A stretch of DNA of 64,000 nt from an uncultured Candidatus Saccharibacteria bacterium (GTDB lineage Bacteria; Patescibacteriota; Doudnabacteria; UBA920): positions 4,748 through 68,747 of the forward strand of contig CAZDEP010000006.1 of the NCBI GenBank assembly GCA_964504715.1. Direction: 5' to 3'. Position numbers and translations under genes: made by a program. Shown here one piece after another: positions 62,829 through 64,000 of this stretch. A model generated the notes under the pieces. It ran no database searches. It was not told the DNA's origin and was given only the letters and a program-made list of their open reading frames with translations. Position 1 is the first letter of the stretch. Each line of letters starts with the position of its first letter.

Positions 62829-63410
62829 ATGGATTTTACAAATATACTGGAAATTTTTGTCCACACTGCCCATGCGGCAACCGAAGTTGCAGGCGAGACG
62901 GAAAAAGCCAGCGGCATAGCAACTTTGGGCCTTAACTGGAAACTTTTTGCAGCGCAGCTTTTTAACTTTGCGATAATAGTCGCGGTTTTATACAAATGGG
63001 TTTTTACCCCTGTCGGAAAAAAATTGCAGGAAAGGCACGAGAAAGTTAACCGCGCCTTAAAAGACGCCGAAGACATTGAAAAGCAAAAAACCGAATTTGA
63101 AACGTGGAAACAGCAGGCGATCCAGGAGGCGCGCAAAGAGGCGGCCGAAATAGTTGCGGGCGCCCAAAAAGACGCAACGTCCGCCAAGGACGCAATTTTG
63201 TCGCAAACCAAGCAGGAGCAGGCCAAGCTGGTGTCTGAAGCGCGCAGCCGCATAGAAAATGAACAAAAACAGGCAATGCAGCAGGCGAAAAGCGAAGTGG
63301 CGGATTTGGTGACACTGGCGGCCGAAAAAGTAATCCGCGCAAAACTGGACGACAAAAAAGACAAGGAGCTAATTACCCAGGCTATTAAAGAGGCAGGGGA
63401 GAACGTTTAG
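62829..63410 (+). CDS. atpF: ATP synthase F0 subunit b
   Basis: N-terminal TM (LFAAQLFNFAIIVAVLYKWVF) then a long coiled coil. Confidence 0.8.
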   Translation: MDFTNILEIFVHTAHAATEVAGETEKASGIATLGLNWKLFAAQLFNFAIIVAVLYKWVFTPVGKKLQERHEKVNRALKDAEDIEKQKTEFETWKQQAIQEARKEAAEIVAGAQKDATSAKDAILSQTKQEQAKLVSEARSRIENEQKQAMQQAKSEVADLVTLAAEKVIRAKLDDKKDKELITQAIKEAGENV

Positions 63411-63412
63411 TT

Positions 63413-63805
63413 ATGAAATTTACAAGCAAGGACTACGCCAAGGCCCTTTTTGAATCCGTTTCGGAAGTTTCCGATGCGGATTCGGAAAAAGTCCTGGAAA
63501 ATTTTGCCAAAGTATTGGCTGATATGGGCGATACGGAAAAGCTGGAAGAAATTGAAAAAGAATTTAAAATTCTCGCGGATAAAAAACAGGGCAAAATGGA
63601 AGCCGAAATAACTACGGCCCGGAATGTAAACATTGGCAAAGAAAGCATGGAAACCCTGAACAAAATCGCCAACGCGCAGGTTAAGGCCAATCCCAAAACC
63701 GAAGAAAAAATTGTGGGCGGGGTCATAGTTAAAATGGAAGACCAACTGGTAGATGGCAGCTTAAAAAGCGAATTGGAAAAATTAAACAGCTTATTAAAAT
63801 CTTAA
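63413..63805 (+). CDS. atpH: ATP synthase delta (OSCP) subunit, short form
   Basis: N-terminal YAKALFES and C-terminal IVGGVIVKMEDQLVDGSLKSELEKL. Confidence 0.7.
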   Translation: MKFTSKDYAKALFESVSEVSDADSEKVLENFAKVLADMGDTEKLEEIEKEFKILADKKQGKMEAEITTARNVNIGKESMETLNKIANAQVKANPKTEEKIVGGVIVKMEDQLVDGSLKSELEKLNSLLKS

Positions 63806-63823
63806 TTTTGCATAATTAAACAT

Positions 63824-64000
63824 ATGGCAACTTCAGAAGCAATTATCAGCCAATTAAAAGATAAAATAACCGCATACCGGCCAAAAGCCGGCGTGGAAAG
63901 CATAGGCACAGTGCTGGAAGTCGCGGACGGCGTTGCCCGTATTTCCGGCCTTAAGCAAGTTGCCAGCATGGAAATGCTTGAGTTTTCAGCTAGTGGCGGC
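63824..64000 (+). CDS. atpA: ATP synthase alpha subunit, 5' partial (continues beyond the window)
   Basis: MATSEAIISQLKDKITAYRPKAGVESIGTVLEVADGVARISGL (alpha N-terminal beta-barrel); open to the window end. Confidence 0.85.
   Translation, partial: MATSEAIISQLKDKITAYRPKAGVESIGTVLEVADGVARISGLKQVASMEMLEFSASGG

Noticed and set aside
311-63745. Numerous antisense or alternative-frame ORFs in the six-frame track that overlap strongly supported genes (for example 311..520, 1214..1531, 1990..2685, 8813..9067, 10449..10889, 27115..28196, 31636..32355, 40678..41254, 44955..45518, 58016..58546, 62217..62663, 62816..63364, 63407..63745)
   Set aside because: Each is embedded in a gene with clear family motifs on the other strand or frame. 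None has its own start context, so they are treated as non-coding shadows.
1-64000. Looked for rRNA genes, transposases, integrases, phage structural genes, toxin-antitoxin pairs and restriction-modification genes
   Set aside because: None found. The only candidate acquired segment is the small TrpR-type island at 24021-25240, and it carries no recombinase.

Overview
This 64-kb window looks like a compact, moderately AT-rich genome segment from a Candidate-Phyla-Radiation (Patescibacteria)-type bacterium. Almost all genes are on the + strand, intergenic spacers are short, and several housekeeping proteins are reduced in size. I found no rRNA, CRISPR array, transposase or integrase.

Recognisable content, in order:
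- A GT2 glycosyltransferase, CtpA protease, a truncated AlaRS, a short SIS-type PGI and a large hypothetical membrane protein.
- The tail of the ribosomal-protein/alpha operon: infA, rpmJ, rpsM, rpsK, rpsD, rpoA, rplQ, then rplM-rpsI.
- A SIMPL-domain protein and RNase P RNA on the minus strand.
- A surface-glycan cluster: a WbaP-like priming transferase and three GT4 enzymes, followed by murG, a patatin, murC and murB.
- A ribosome hibernation factor, then a small higher-GC island carrying a TrpR-family regulator with GTACTAGTAC operators. A tRNA with an unusual anticodon loop follows.
- secA, then a nucleotide-sanitation trio (Nudix with a SEC-C zinc motif, Ham1, family-4 UDG), pepN, an L,D-transpeptidase and secDF.
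- A protein with sigma-70 region 4 at the N-terminus and a HARE-HTH domain at the C-terminus. Next come a single-pass membrane protein and a soluble VirD4/TraD-like P-loop ATPase with a long proline-rich tail.
- trxA on the minus strand, then dacA, mraY, an amidohydrolase, murD, ftsW, a DUF4012 protein, murJ and lepA.
- Small envelope and division proteins (VKOR, bPH_2, FtsB-like, parvulin), two paralogous type-IV-pilin-like proteins, murI and tRNA-Thr.
- The start of the F-type ATP synthase operon (atpZ-like, atpB, atpE, atpF, atpH, atpA partial).

The most unusual signal is a family of 7-9-bp periodic CAAAT/CACNAAT oligomer arrays. They occur as imperfect inverted repeats in at least five intergenic spacers. 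They also occur as in-frame insertions inside secA and pepN and at the L,D-transpeptidase start, much like Rickettsia palindromic elements. A second CAAGTAT family is inserted in-frame near the N-termini of secA and pepN.

Non-ORF-track coordinates may be off by 1-2 nt.
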